This document shows positions 10,669 through 23,728 of a stretch of DNA of 64,000 nucleotides, one piece after another; position 1 is the first letter of the stretch; each line of letters begins with the position of its first letter. Both the position numbers and the translations under genes were made by a program. Below the pieces are notes generated by a model that searched no databases, was not told the origin of the DNA, and saw only the letters and a list, made by a program, of their open reading frames with translations. The stretch is from Octopus sinensis (lineage: Eukaryota). Location of the stretch: the NCBI RefSeq assembly GCF_006345805.1, contig NC_042997.1:166780001-166844000 (forward strand), in the 5' to 3' direction.

Positions 10669-11774
10669 CAGTATTAATAAAATAGATGGAATGAGTAAAA
10701 TATTTTATTAGGTACGACACATCTTTCGACTCGTTCTGGGTCTCTTCGTGTGCATCAATATGAAAAAAAAAATCTTACTAAAGATTTTCTGATTCGGTTT
10801 TACGTACTGTTATATGTCCATCAAATTCAAGAATGAGTAAAAATATTGAAACGCGAAAAATTCAAATATGACCATAAAAATTACACACGCGCACACACTA
10901 GTTACTACACTCACGTATACACATAAGTAATCATATACACGGATATACATAAATATACACTTACACATAAACACACGTATACAAATATGTATGCATATAC
11001 TCATAATCAACCATAACTCATATGACCAACCTAAAGACAACGGTTATAACTCGAATTATACTACCAACCAACAGAGCAATGATTACAATATCCATGATAA
11101 CCATCCAAAAAACAACACCAGCAACAATTCAAATTATAAACTGAGAACACCTAATGATAATAAAACGATAATATTGACAACCAAAATATAGTACAGAACC
11201 AATCCCCCAGCGCTCGATGTACACAAGCCAGCAAAATCAAATAGCTATGCTCATGCAGATAGATCCAGTTGCCCTTTGGATAACCAATGTATGACTAAGA
11301 ATGTGGTATACAAGTGCACTATAAACACTAGAGGAGGCCACTACATATATATCGGGGTATCAGCCGATTTTTCAAAAATCGATACCGCAACCACATCACC
11401 AGCTTTTGAAATATCCTTAAACGACATGTAACATCACTAGCCGATTTTATCCGGAGGCTTAAAGAAGCAAAGACAAAATACGACCTTACATGGTCCATAC
11501 TTAGACACGCGAGTCCCTACAACACTATATCCCGCAAATGCCGATAATGCTCCGAGGAGTCACTCTCCATAATGTTAACAAAGGAGCGCATTATAAATAA
11601 ATTCACTGAACAATTACCCAGAGGCCTATACGCAGCTAAATACATTCACATATTACAATCCGGGCCATACATAACTTGATATATACATGGCGCTCACAAC
11701 TCTTAATACACATGAACTTGAGGAACCATATTTGAATAACTTATATTTGACATATGATCTTGCAATCTAGATCC

Positions 11775-11777
<3 letters not shown>

Positions 11778-11807
<30 letters not shown>

Positions 11808-11836
11808 TGTATGTATGTATGTATGTATGTATGTAT
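11778..11836. repeat. (TATG)n microsatellite within the PLE 3' UTR
   Basis: Visible directly in the sequence. Confidence 0.9.
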
Positions 11837-12412
11837 GCATGTATGTATATATATATGTGTATGTATGCATATATATATATATATATGTACATGTATGTGT
11901 GTATATATGCGTACGTGTATGTGTGTGTATGTGTGTGTGTGTATGAACATATATATATATATATGTTTACATATCCATCTGTGCGCATTTGCGTTTTTTG
12001 TAGGTGTATGTATATATTAGTGTGAATTTGTGTATACATGTACGTGGGCGTATGTTTAGATGTGTATATGCATACGTATTTGTATATGTGTGTATGTGTA
12101 TATGTATGTATATCCGTGTAAATATTTACTTATGTGTATATTTACACGTGTGTGCGTGTCAAACTTTGCACAGACGTCTGTAGCTTGTACGAATATATGC
12201 ACATATTTACCTATGCTATGTACGTATATTTATGTATATATACACGTGTGTACCTGCATATATGAGTTCCTATACATATATACGTATGCATTTGTCCAAA
12301 AGTGTGCGTATGCGCGCGTATCTAGTTGTATGTATATACCCATATACTTCGATGTGCGTGTGTGAGCGCTTATATATATGTGCATATATATATATGTGCA
12401 TATATATATATA

Positions 12413-12451
<39 letters not shown>

Positions 12452-12770
12452 ATGTGTATCCGTGTATGTATACGTGCGTCTAAGCACGAACACAAAAAAT
12501 TTTCTTCTAAGTATTATCTTCCTTTCAACTTCTGCATCCTTTTCTTTATCGTAACAGTTACAACAGCGAAGGCTCATTACGTCATTTTCTCCAAACTAGA
12601 ATGTATAATTCCAATGTATAGACTAGAATGTATAATTTTCACGCTCATATTTGAATTTTTTGCGTTTCAATTTTTCTCTGTTTTTCACACATTCTAGAAG
12701 TTGATGGACATATAGCCGTACGCAAAACCGAATCAGAAAATCTTTAGTAAGATTTATTTTTTATATTGAT

Positions 12771-12812
12771 GTACCCGAAGAGACCCAGAACGGGTCGAAA
12801 GATGTGTCGTAC
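12771..12812 (+). ncRNA. Variant hammerhead motif (family B); a more decayed mirror copy lies at 10712-10753 (-)
   Basis: gtac-CCGAAGA-gacccagaacgggtc-GAAA-gatgtg-TC-gtac. U4-to-C core variant, strong helix II, unpaired G.G at the helix III closing position. Confidence 0.6.
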
Positions 12813-13282
12813 CTAATAAAATATTTTACTTATTCCATTTATTTTTATTAATACTGTTACCTCAACTGCCACTACGAAGTTCCTGCTACAAATTTACGGA
12901 TAACAACAGGTAATAGATACTGTGCCAGTGTTTTACTCATCATTTATTTATACACTTTGTATAATTTCTCCACAAATAATCTTTTTTCTCAGGAACTATT
13001 AGACCTGACACCGTGTATTAACCGGTGTTGTTCAAACGATGAATAGCTTAGCGTAAACCATGTTCCGTTTTGTTCTCTTACTTTATTATCATCTTATAAT
13101 CATCTCATAATAATGACCTTTATGACTCGTATTACTACCTCAGTCAATCTAAATGTATATATTTGTCTTTACCTGTCATAAATAGCCTTTTTTTTATTTG
13201 CAATGTGCATTTTCGTTGATTTTTCATATTTTACCCTTACATTTCCTCGTGTATTTTATATTTTCTTTTCGTAACATATTTC

Positions 13283-13329
<47 letters not shown>

Positions 13330-13582
13330 TTTATCAATTATTAAATTAGTAATTCTTTACCCTATATCCGTAATGATTATTTCACTCCCTGATAGCGAAC
13401 TGCAGTTTTCTTTCTGCGGTACTATCTTGTGACGCACATGGTAATCTTGGAGGGATTATATGAATTCACTTGTCTATATAAATTTGAATGTGCTGACTAC
13501 CTTGTGTTATGTTTCGATGGCGCTTGGTCGAAGATGCAAAGGGTAGGATTTCTAGCATTTTCAAATTTATAATTCTCGAAAT

Positions 13583-13640
13583 ATTATGTTGATGACGAAA
13601 ATGAATTTTTATAATTCTAATCCAGAAACGCGTCCATAAT
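13583..13640 (+). ncRNA. Degenerate minimal hammerhead (probable PLE family E pLTR)
   Basis: attatg-TTGATGA-[29 nt]-GAAA-CGCG-TC-cataat. Perfect 6-bp helix I and palindromic helix III, but a C3-to-T change and a weak helix II base. Confidence 0.6.
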
Positions 13641-13887
13641 TAATCGAAAACTGTTTGATTTCGTTATTTTTTCTTCTTTTTGCCTATGTGAGTTACAAAT
13701 ATTGTTATCTGTGGAGTCATATCTGTAGTGATAAGAATTAGCTGTCTTTGGCTGCTATTTCTAAATTTTCGGTATGTGGTGAAGCAACTTGTTGCTAAAC
13801 TCTTAATTATATATATGTTGATAAAAATGGTAAGACAACAAAACAATGAAAGAGACCTCGATATTATGTAAATAGAGGAATTTATCT

Positions 13888-14117
13888 GTAAATGTAATAT
13901 GTGACAATTATTCGGTAGCTATGATAAAACTCCGAGTTTCGGTTGCCGAGGTGGGAATCTCTTTGTATAACGTAATTTCCCTTTGTATAACGGTCATTTT
14001 CATAGCATTTTTTCCGATGGCCCAGATAACTGAAGAGATGGCGGCGCGGATTTCCACCTCGGCATCCGAAACTCGGAGTTTTATCATGGCTACCGAATAA
14101 TCGTCACATATTACATT

Positions 14118-14120
<3 letters not shown>
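13888..14120. mobile_element. MITE with ~70-bp TIRs
   Basis: GTAAATGTAATATGTGACAATTATTCGGTAGCTATGATAAAACTCCGAGTTTCGG... with its reverse complement at the other end. Second partial copy at 2318-2462. Confidence 0.8.
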
Positions 14121-14158
<38 letters not shown>

Positions 14159-14166
14159 TATTATAT

Positions 14167-14231
<65 letters not shown>

Positions 14232-14257
14232 TATATATAAATACACATATACATATT

Positions 14258-15136
14258 CAGGGTGCGACAGATAAACTGTCGCCATTTTCTATTTTAAATT
14301 TTGCGCATTGTTTGTTTTTGATTTTGTCGACTACACAGTATAGAAGGATCATCTTGAGCATCCTCTGTGAGAAAAACACCACCATGACGTATTTCATTCT
14401 GCCAGAAATTGGAAAACGACATGCTGTACTGCTTAGCATTCGCGCTGGAAGCTCCAATATGAACAAATGGAGAGCACACAGAGCAACCGTTAGCTTGCCG
14501 TGTCCTCAAAACATGTATCGAGAGCGATAAAAATCAAACAGCCAGTCAACATCATGGTGTTTGGAGTGATCACTAGTGATGGTGATGTTATGCCTCCATT
14601 CATCTTCCCACACGGCTTCAGACTCAAAACGGAGGCCTACATTAAGTGCCCGAAAGATTTAGTGCTTCCCTGGGTCTAGAGGATAGCTGTTGGAAGACCC
14701 TATATCTGGCAACAGGACTCTGCACCATGCCACACAAGCAGGAGAACCCAATCATGGCTGCCAGATAATTTCTGCAACCACATCACCCCTAACATCTGGC
14801 CACCTAACTTCCCAGACTGCAATCCCCTTGATTATTATGAGTAGGGCACAGTTGAGTGAGAGACCAACAAAACTACTTGTAACACCAAAGACGAACTGAA
14901 GGCAAGGATTATGGCAGCATTCACCAAACAAAGAGACCGTCCAGAAGCGTTGCAGGAGATTCCAAAGTCGTCTGGAGGCCATGGTCGAAGAGAATGATGA
15001 TTTTATTGAAAAAATTTACGAGTTATTACTTCAAGATATTTTAAAGTAATTTTTGGAAATATAGCTGTTAAAACGAGGTATCAGTGTTAATTTAATTTTT
15101 GCGTAATTTAGACGACAGTTTATCCATCGCACCCTG
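14258..15136 (+). mobile_element. Internally deleted mariner/Tc1-family element (DDxD type)
   Basis: TIRs CAGGGTGCGA..GATAAACTGTCG / CGACAGTTTATCCATCGCACCCTG, with TA at the 3' flank. Residual transposase motifs MVFGVITSDG, WQQDSAPCH, WPPN.PDCNPLDY. Confidence 0.9.
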
Positions 15137-15744
15137 TATGTATGTATGTATGTATGTATGTATGTATGTATGTATGTATGCTAGCTAAACACACATCGTA
15201 TAGACAATAGAACCCACACTGACTCAACAAGTAGTCGGTGCCATTTGTACGTGAATTCAACATATGGGAAGAAGGGGCATGTAGTTAGGATGTTTGAAGA
15301 AAGAATCATTGGACAAATTTTACGAACTTGGCCAACCGGAAGGAAGCAATTATAAAATACCATTCTGTAAAAACAGACAGTGAATTATAAAAGATTAGAA
15401 TCCACTAACGTACAAATTCCCATGCATGATAATGGCGTTGCTTATTGGAATGACATTTTACCTAATAAAAAGATCATCGCCGGATTATTTTTTCTGAATA
15501 ACTAAATCCAAGTTAACTTCTAACAACCAATAACTTAGTTTAATTATTGGGCGTTGCCATGGAATAAAGCTTTAATTGCAAGTCAGATGGAAGCGATTAA
15601 CATACCTCCGTAAGAAGTCGCTAGACAACAACTATAGGAAAGAAATGTGTTTGGAGTGAGTTCCAATGGGCTGATCTTCTGAAGAGGAAGGACTTGGCTC
15701 AGTGGGTGGTATGTACGATGTTTGACCCTTGGGTATAATGTGAT

Positions 15745-15957
15745 TTCAAATTCTGGCACAAGGTCTGCATATTCGTGGGAGGGGATAAATGGATTACATC
15801 AATCCTAGTATTCAACTGGTACTTATTTTATCGATCCCGAAAGGATGAAAGACAAAGTAGAGCTCAGCGGAATTTCAACTCATAACGTAAGGACGGACGA
15901 AATGCCGCTAAGCATTTTGCCCGGCGTGCTAACGACACTGCCAGCTCGCCGCCTTAG
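15745..15957 (-). mobile_element. tRNA-derived SINE (Meta/MESC-domain-like octopod family)
   Basis: Head AAGGCGGCGAGCTGGCAG..GTTAGCACGCCGGG and body CTTTCATCCTTTCGGGATCGATAAAATAAGTACCAG on the minus strand. Confidence 0.75.
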
Positions 15958-16324
15958 CCGTTGGTATAGTATGAGTGACGAAAAGAGAAGACGCAAGTGG
16001 AATGGTACAAGTTAAATCTTTCTCAAATCACATCCTACCGTGGAGATCAGTCATTCCTGCAGAGCAACAAAAGATCCACTGTATGAGTGTATTGGTAAAC
16101 GACTTCATGTCAATAAAATGGGGATGAGGTGCTATGTTCGGATGCGATATCAGATATGTGTGTCCGTTTACGTAGGCGAACATAAATGCGTAGTTTTTTT
16201 TTTTGTGAATGCTTGCGTATGCACGTGTGTGTATGCAAGCGTGCGTTCTGTGTAACCAACGTGACACTGAACACTTTATTTGTCACGCTCACTCTCATTT
16301 CTGAATCCCATGAGTCCTTGATGG

Positions 16325-16386
16325 CAACAACAACAACAACAGCAGCAGCAGCAGCAGCAACAACAACAACAAAATCAACAACAACC

Positions 16387-16422
<36 letters not shown>

Positions 16423-16425
16423 TAA
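16325..16425. repeat. (CAA)n/(CAG)n trinucleotide repeat
   Basis: Visible directly in the sequence. Confidence 0.95.
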
Positions 16426-16583
16426 CATCCCCAAAACATTCAACAGTAGGGTCTAATTTCAGAGAGATTTGAGTGCTATTTCTTGTAGATCGAACTACCA
16501 CCTCGTAGGCTGGCTTCTCTCTCTCTCTCATTCTCTCTCTATCTCTCTGCATCCACACACATGTATGTATGTATGTATGTATG

Positions 16584-16617
<34 letters not shown>

Positions 16618-16669
16618 TGTATGTATGTATGTATGTATGTATGTATGTATGTATGTACGCATGTATGTA

Positions 16670-16710
<41 letters not shown>

Positions 16711-16734
16711 CAGACAGATAGACACATGAACACG

Positions 16735-16790
<56 letters not shown>

Positions 16791-16814
16791 CGTGTTCATG
16801 TGTCTATCTGTCTG

Positions 16815-16846
<32 letters not shown>

Positions 16847-16894
16847 TACATACATGCGTACATACATACATACATACATACATACATACATACC

Positions 16895-16925
<31 letters not shown>

Positions 16926-16930
<5 letters not shown>

Positions 16931-17728
16931 GCCGTGAATATATTGCCGTCTAAATTACGCAAAAATGAAACAGATATATTTACGAAAATTACATTATCTT
17001 GAAATACTAAATAGCAAATTTATTCAATAAAATCGCCGGTCTCCTTGTTTAAGTTGGTGAATGTTGTCATAATCCTTGACTTCAGTTCATCTTTGATGTT
17101 ACAAGGAGTTTTTTTTGTTGGTCTCTCACTCAACTGTGCCCCACACTTAATAATCAAGGGGGTTGCAGTTTAGGGAGTTAGGTGGCCAGATGTTAGTGGG
17201 TAATGTTGTCACAGAAATTGTCTAGTAGCCATGACTGGGTTCTCCTGCTTGTATGACATGGTGCAGAGTCCCGTTGCCAGATATAGGGTCTCCCAGCAGC
17301 CACCCTCTTGACCTAGAGAAGCACTACCTCCTCCACACACTTGATGTAGGCCTCCGTGTTGAGTTTGAGGCCGTGTGGGAAGATGTATGAAGGCATAACG
17401 TCGCCATCACTAGTGATCACTCCAAACACCATATCGTTGATGGATGTTTGATTTTTATCATTCTCGATACATGTTTTGAAGACACGGCAAGCTAACGGTT
17501 GTTCTGCGTGCTCACCTTCTGTTCGCATTGGAGCTTCCAGTGCAAATACCATGCAGTACAGCATGTCGTTTCCAAATTTTTGGCAGAATGAAATGCGTCA
17601 TGGTGCTGTTTTTCTCACAGATGATGCCCAACGTACCCTACTATACTGTTTAGTCGACAAAATCAAAAACAAACATTGTGCATGCGCGAAATTAAAAAAT
17701 AAAATGACAATATACCAATCGCATCCTG
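16926..17728 (-). mobile_element. Second copy of the deleted mariner element
   Basis: Reverse-complement homology to 14258-15136. Decayed TIRs, TA flanks. Confidence 0.85.
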
Positions 17729-17761
17729 TATACACACATACATACATTATAATAATAATAG

Positions 17762-18203
17762 TATATATACTCCGATTTAAAGCGACATTTAAAAAAATAA
17801 ACAATTGACTGAAAAATGATGAGCTAACCCAGGCCAGAATCGAATCCACATATCAACGCTAACACGGCTCCATACGCATCCGACTGGGTCAAACGCTCAC
17901 CCATCAATTTCAACCAAATTTTATGAATATGTAATTTAACTGTCTAATACTACATATATTTGTAAAGAAACCCGAAGGCTTTGTAAGTTACGGAGAAAGA
18001 GCAACCATGGAAGTCTCTTTGTACAATAATAACTATGTAATAATATCTCAAAATGATAATATATATACTCCGATTTAAAGCGACATTTGTTATATAAACA
18101 AATGACTGAAAATGATGAGCTAACTCAGGCCAGAATCGAACCCACATATCAACGCTAACACAGCTCCATGCGCATCCGATTGGACCTAACTCTCACCCAT
18201 CAA
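17762..18203 (-). other. Two ~145-bp units containing tRNA-like Pol III A/B boxes (17762-17907, 18062-18203)
   Basis: Minus strand shows TAGGTCCAATCGG (A-box-like), GGTTCGATTC (B-box) and a TTTT terminator. No convincing cloverleaf. Confidence 0.5.
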
Positions 18204-18399
18204 TAGTCGCTCTATTTTCATAACTTACAATGCTTTAGGGTTTGTTTACAAATATTATATATATATTTGTATGTATGCGTGTATATACAAACACACGAGA
18301 GAAGTGAATAAATACCCTTAAAATCATTAAGATTTGTTTAAATCTGAAATTATACATTCAAATTATTTATTAATTGTTATAATATAAATATTTAATATT

Positions 18400-19379
18400 T
18401 TTCAATGCAAGTACCCTATTAGGCATGTTACTGATCAGATGACAAATATTCTCTTGCAGAATTTCTTGCCAAGTTTCATGCAGTAACCTCCAAAGATCTG
18501 ACTTTGAAGATGCTTTCTTGTTCTTTTAATGAAGTGCCTTGTCCATTATGTTCCAGAGGTGTTCAATAGGGTTAATATCTGGTGACTGGCTTGGCCATGG
18601 CAGCTTTTTAATGCCATTCTCATCTGACAAATCTTGGGTCATTTTAGCCGTGTGACAAGGAACCTCATCTTCCATAAATAGTTTTCTTTAATCATTTCAC
18701 CACTGGAGAAGGTTAGGAGTCCTTTCTGCAATGCAGCCACATATTTATCAGGGTTTATGTTTTCCTCACACTCCACCAGCTCTGATCAACCATTGCTCCC
18801 AGTTGTTCCCCAGACCATCATAGAATAGCTTTCGTGTTTCATTGTTGGCTGCAATTTTTTCACATCAAATTCTTGATCACAGAGTCTCCAGATCCACACT
18901 CAACCACTGTCAGGAAATACAGCAAATCTGAACTTATCAGAGAATATGACAGTGTCCCAAACTGCTAGTGGCCTCTCCACTATCTCACTGGCCTGATCTT
19001 TTCTCCGTTTGATGTTGGCTGGTCGAAGAAGTGGCTTCCTTCATGCTGCTCAGCTATAGTAACTAAGTTTGTGGAGATACCTGACAGCTGTTCTGAGACT
19101 ACATCAACTTGTTCGGCTATGTCAGAGGCCTTGTAACGGGGATTATCCTCTACACTTCTCTTAGCAAAGAGAAGGGTCCTGTCAGAGGACCGTGGTTGAT
19201 CTGGGCTAGGTGATGTGGACTCCTTCTCCAGTCTAGCGAATTGCACAATCACTCTGTTAACTGTAGAAAGCGGTATCCCAAGGTCTTCTGCGATTTTACA
19301 CTATGTTCACCTTCAGAATGACCCACAATATGGCCTCTTTGCAATTCAGACAGTTCCAAGGCTTCTTTTGTATATGGTA
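18400..19379 (-). pseudogene. Tc1-family (DD34E-type) transposase pseudogene
   Basis: HTH region KIAEDLGIPLSTVNRVIV, plus MKH.SYSMMVWG, FMEDEVPCHTAK and WPSQSPDINPIEHLW, with stops and frameshifts. Confidence 0.9.
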
Positions 19380-19505
19380 TGATTAAACAGTCACACATAG
19401 AACCTGAATCATAAAAATGTCAATTAATAAAGAATATAAACCTTTACAAGTTAGAATAAGCATAAAACGATGTTTTATGGGGTATCTATTTATTTACTTC
19501 TGTCA

Positions 19506-19600
<95 letters not shown>

Positions 19601-21103
19601 TATATATACATACATGTTCATATATTTATGAATATTTGTGTATCTGTCTATCAATGTGTGTGTGTGTGTCTGTCTGTATGTATGCATGGCTATTTACGTT
19701 ATTAAAAGATTAGAACGCTAAAGAAAGCAAAAGAAAAAGAAAAAGAAAATAACGGAACGTAATATGTATCACATCTAACCGCAAATTAACATAAATTATT
19801 TATGAAACATCAAGATTAAAACCCTCATGATGAACATGAAACCATAAACTTGTAAGTGACAAAACGTGCATCAGATGACCGATGTAATGAATAAGATCGA
19901 CGTAGACATGAAAGCTATGTGGACATGTAGACAATAACACAAATTGTCGTATATGACTCGCAAGTACAACACTTTCTCACTGGTTGATCACTCAAATATC
20001 AGAAGCCACTGTAATACATTACAATACACAACACGAAACAAAGCTCGACAGAAAAGCATTGATTGATATCATTACCGTCCTTTAGAGAATTCTGAGAAAT
20101 TCTAGAATATTAGCAAGGGAAGTGTTATGTCTTACCAAAATACGGACTAAAAATAATCACATTAGGAATAATTAATGGATGCTCAGGGAAACTTGGTGTT
20201 TAAAGTTTAAATCTGGTGGTATTTCATCAGTATAAAACGTCATTTTCTTGAACTTTGATGCCGACTAAATTCTCAGCAATACATAAAAAAGGAGATTAAG
20301 CAGTGTTAAAAAAACTAGGCAGTGTGAAAAAATAAAACTTACTAAAATTAAAAAAAGACAATGAATTTTTTTTATTCCATTCATAAATATATATTTTCAG
20401 TAGCTTTCTGTTTGCGCAAATTGGACATAATTTTCTCGTTGTCTTATCCAGAGCTTCAGCCTGTCGTTCGTCTAAATATGGTTAAATCCTGTTTTTCATG
20501 TAAAGAGGGTAAAAAATGTGAATGGCTTTATAGAATTGAATAGTTTTAAAGGAACAATATATATAACCCCGGATCTAAAACGTTAAGTGAATGAGATAAC
20601 TATTACACCCCCTGGATACTTATGCCATTGTATTTCAGATAACATTCCCAATTCTGAAGCGATGTGGTATCTATTAGCTCTGTAAAATGAAACAATGTAG
20701 AATTAAGTAAAATGTCAAAATATACTTGAACTGAAAAACTAGACCGCTAGTAGTCGGATATGGCCATTTTAGTACATTATACATTTAACCGTTTCAGTAC
20801 ATATAAAGCTTTCTAAGTTAATGTAGAGTGGACATTTATAAAAATAAATAAATGAAAAAAAAAATCCATCGTACAAAATTTCTTTAGCAGAATTTGGTCT
20901 ACAGTCATTACTGTAAGTGTAATTATTTTTTATACACACACGCATCTGTATATATATTTGTGCTTGCAAGTGTGTGTATGTGTGTGTGCACGAATATATA
21001 TATATATATATATGTATGAATGCATATATGTAGATGAATGTATGCATATACACACACGAATGTATATATGTATATACATATGTATATGTTTGCATGCATG
21101 TAC

Positions 21104-21184
<81 letters not shown>

Positions 21185-21186
<2 letters not shown>

Positions 21187-21990
21187 AAAGAAAGCGCCAC
21201 TGAATACAGCATAAAGTAGAAGATTCTAGAGAAATGTGAAGCGTACTTCAACAGCAGCAGGAAGCACAGATTATGCCTGGCTGAGGAAAGAGTGATTTTA
21301 AAGGGCACGCAGCATCCAGCACCCAATCATTTATCTGAAAAGCAGAAGTGAAAATTTTAATTCTTGCCCACAGGAAAGGAAATACATCCATCATACTTGC
21401 ATGCCCCATTATAACTATAATCACCAGCCTCCCCCCCTCAACTTCGGCCTTCTACCAATACCTAGGTTTCCGGCAAAGTGTTTGTCCAGAATATACACTA
21501 AGGCACCCACAAACAAACACACACACTCTGACATGGCAGACACCTACCCAATAAACTTTTTTTCATCCCCTTCTCACAATATAAGCTTCCATGAATATTG
21601 TACCCATACACACCGCATGCACACATAAATGCCCCAGAAATTCCAACAATGCATAAAAGAAAGGAAATACACTAACAAACACAGATGTGTATGCCCCCAC
21701 CTCACCTGCAAAGGTTATACATACAGTACTACTACATATAATCCATTTCCACAAGAACACCTACCTTATAGATACACACAATTCCCACAAACACATTTCC
21801 AGAAAACTCTTGCAACAAAACCACCCCCATTGATGATGTCTTGGTACCTCCAACAATTGAGAGTAGTCGCCATAATTCATTCCATAATGATGAGTGTAGG
21901 GTTACATAATCGGACGGTTACCTAACACTCCGTTGAACCTCTAGTACGAAACCTATTGGTAAGATCGGCCGTAATAGATATATAATACTG
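21185..21990 (+). mobile_element. PLE 3' fragment (family D): endonuclease C-terminus plus 3'UTR/pLTR
   Basis: KILEKCEAYFNSSRKHRLCLAEERVIL matches the W.IL....Y....C.LCL.EK..IL PLE motif. Starts at a (TA)n run. Decayed HHR-like ATGATGA...GAAAcctattggTA at about 21878-21960. Confidence 0.6.
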
Positions 21991-22693
21991 TACACTTCGA
22001 TACACACACACACACATATATATGTACATGGATATTTTACAATGGTACATGAGTAATACGAAGCTTGACAGTTGTGTCAATGTCGTTAGGTAAATCAAAA
22101 ATAGTATTGAACCCTCGTCCTGAAATCTCTCAAATTAGACTTCTTACCACATTACTTTGGTTTTACTGTTTTAAAGTTGGTCGATATGGTCCAGTTACAG
22201 TAACAGTAGAGGTAGTGAAAGTTCATGTGTCAAACGGAATATTTTAAAATCTGGAGGAAAACAATTTGAAAATATTTCAATATAACTCATAAGTTTTGTT
22301 TGCGGTATCTCATCCGTAATTGTTAACAAAGCGTGGTAAAGTAATTACCTCAATTTACTGTTACAGCCTGAGGTAATTAAAATGCCATCTCTTTTACGTC
22401 TTTATAACTACAAGCCCACCTTGGTATATGCTGAAATTTGTTCGCCGTCGACGATGATGTTTTCAAAGATTGCATACCGTTTGGACTGGAAATAAGTTGC
22501 ACTATAGAGGCATATTTTTGTGCTTTTCCTCAGAAGCTTGTTGTTTCAGGTTCTTTGTGCAGTCTGCTGAATGTCTTGTTTACTTTTGTGCAGTCTGTTG
22601 TCAACCAGTTCGTCGATCTTGGAATCTAACGAAATGATACGTCTCTGCTAAATAACTGAAACTGAACAATCTTCAGCTTAGTTTCGCTGCTGC

Positions 22694-23073
22694 TGTTTGT
22701 TTGTTTGTTTGTTTGTTGAGCGAAGTGGTCTTCGTCCCAGTGGGAGAAGTCCGAAACGTGGTCCTTTGCTATTCGTAAGACCCGCAGAAGAGAAAGCAGG
22801 TCAACCCCCGACACCGAGAGCATCGACGGGTGGAGGAATGCGCATCCAGGCTCAGCGGTTGCGTAGGAAGTCGGGGACAAGAAACAGGAAGAAAGAGTGA
22901 GAGAAAGTTGGAGCGAAAGAGTACAACAGGGGTCACCACCACCCCCTGCCGGAGCCTCGTGGAGCTTTAGGTGTTTTCGCTCAATAAACACACACAACGC
23001 CCGGTCTGGGAATCGAAACCGCGATCCTCCGACTGCGTCTCCGCTGCCCTAACCATTGGGCCATTGCGCCTCC
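22694..23073 (-). mobile_element. tRNA-headed SINE with (CAAA)n tail
   Basis: Head GGAGGCGCAATGGCCCAATGGTTAGGGC..GGTTTCGATTCCC, shared with 49888-50195. Approximate TSD CTGCTGCTGTT. Confidence 0.75.
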
Positions 23074-23639
23074 ACTGCTGCTGTTGATGATGATGCACGA
23101 AAGGTGGTAATCTTTTTGAAATGAGTGTTCTTGGAGTGCTTCTGTTTCTTTGCACTGCCTACCTGTTCAAAGAGCCCCTAATGCTAAATATAAAAAGAAT
23201 GGAAGTATCCGAATATTATATAATGACAAATTTGAAAACCTTGTCTACTAGAAACTATGGTTGACTATTTGCTGGCAATTCATTTACTATCAGTGGTATT
23301 TTGTTAGTCTTTCCACTCTGTTTGTCAGATTTTTGCCCCCTTTTTGCTTTGCTCGAATTCAGACGGGCTATCCCCTTACTGTCAACCTGATCATATGCAT
23401 GTTCATTTGTGTATATGTACACTCACACACGCACGCACGCACAACACACACATTAAGGAAAGGAGAAATCAACTTGATATTACAATTGTTTCCGAAAACG
23501 GACGATATGATTTATTCCATATATCATACATTATGTAATTACATGGAAAAATGCGAGCATGAAAAGTAATATTCTTAAGATTATAAACCTGTAAAAATAT
23601 AGGACAAACTATTACTTCAAGTAAAGTAAAGAATAATAC

Positions 23640-23679
23640 TGTACACTTCGATACACACACACACGCACGCAAACACGCA

Positions 23680-23728
<49 letters not shown>

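Larger units (their letters stand above)
10662..12860 (+). mobile_element. 5'-truncated PLE (family B) with inverted pLTR
   Basis: GIY-YIG remnant at about 11258-11680 (SCPLDNQCMTKNVVYKC..YIYIG..NRYRNH..SF..WSIL..Y..C..CSEE), with stops and a frameshift. About 10662-10990 is an inverted, partly deleted copy of the 3' region that ends at 12860. Confidence 0.85.

Noticed and set aside
11741-12697. Many 60-190 aa track ORFs rich in Y/I/C/V/M/H/T (also 16.5-16.9, 20.8-21.2, 27.0-27.6, 44.3-44.8, 59.3-60.7 and 62.2-64.0 kb)
   Set aside because: They are translations of TA/CA/TATG microsatellites, which lack stop codons.
22721-22770. Hammerhead-like GTCCGAAACGTGGTC in the SINE tail
   Set aside because: No CTGANGA core or helix II partner upstream.
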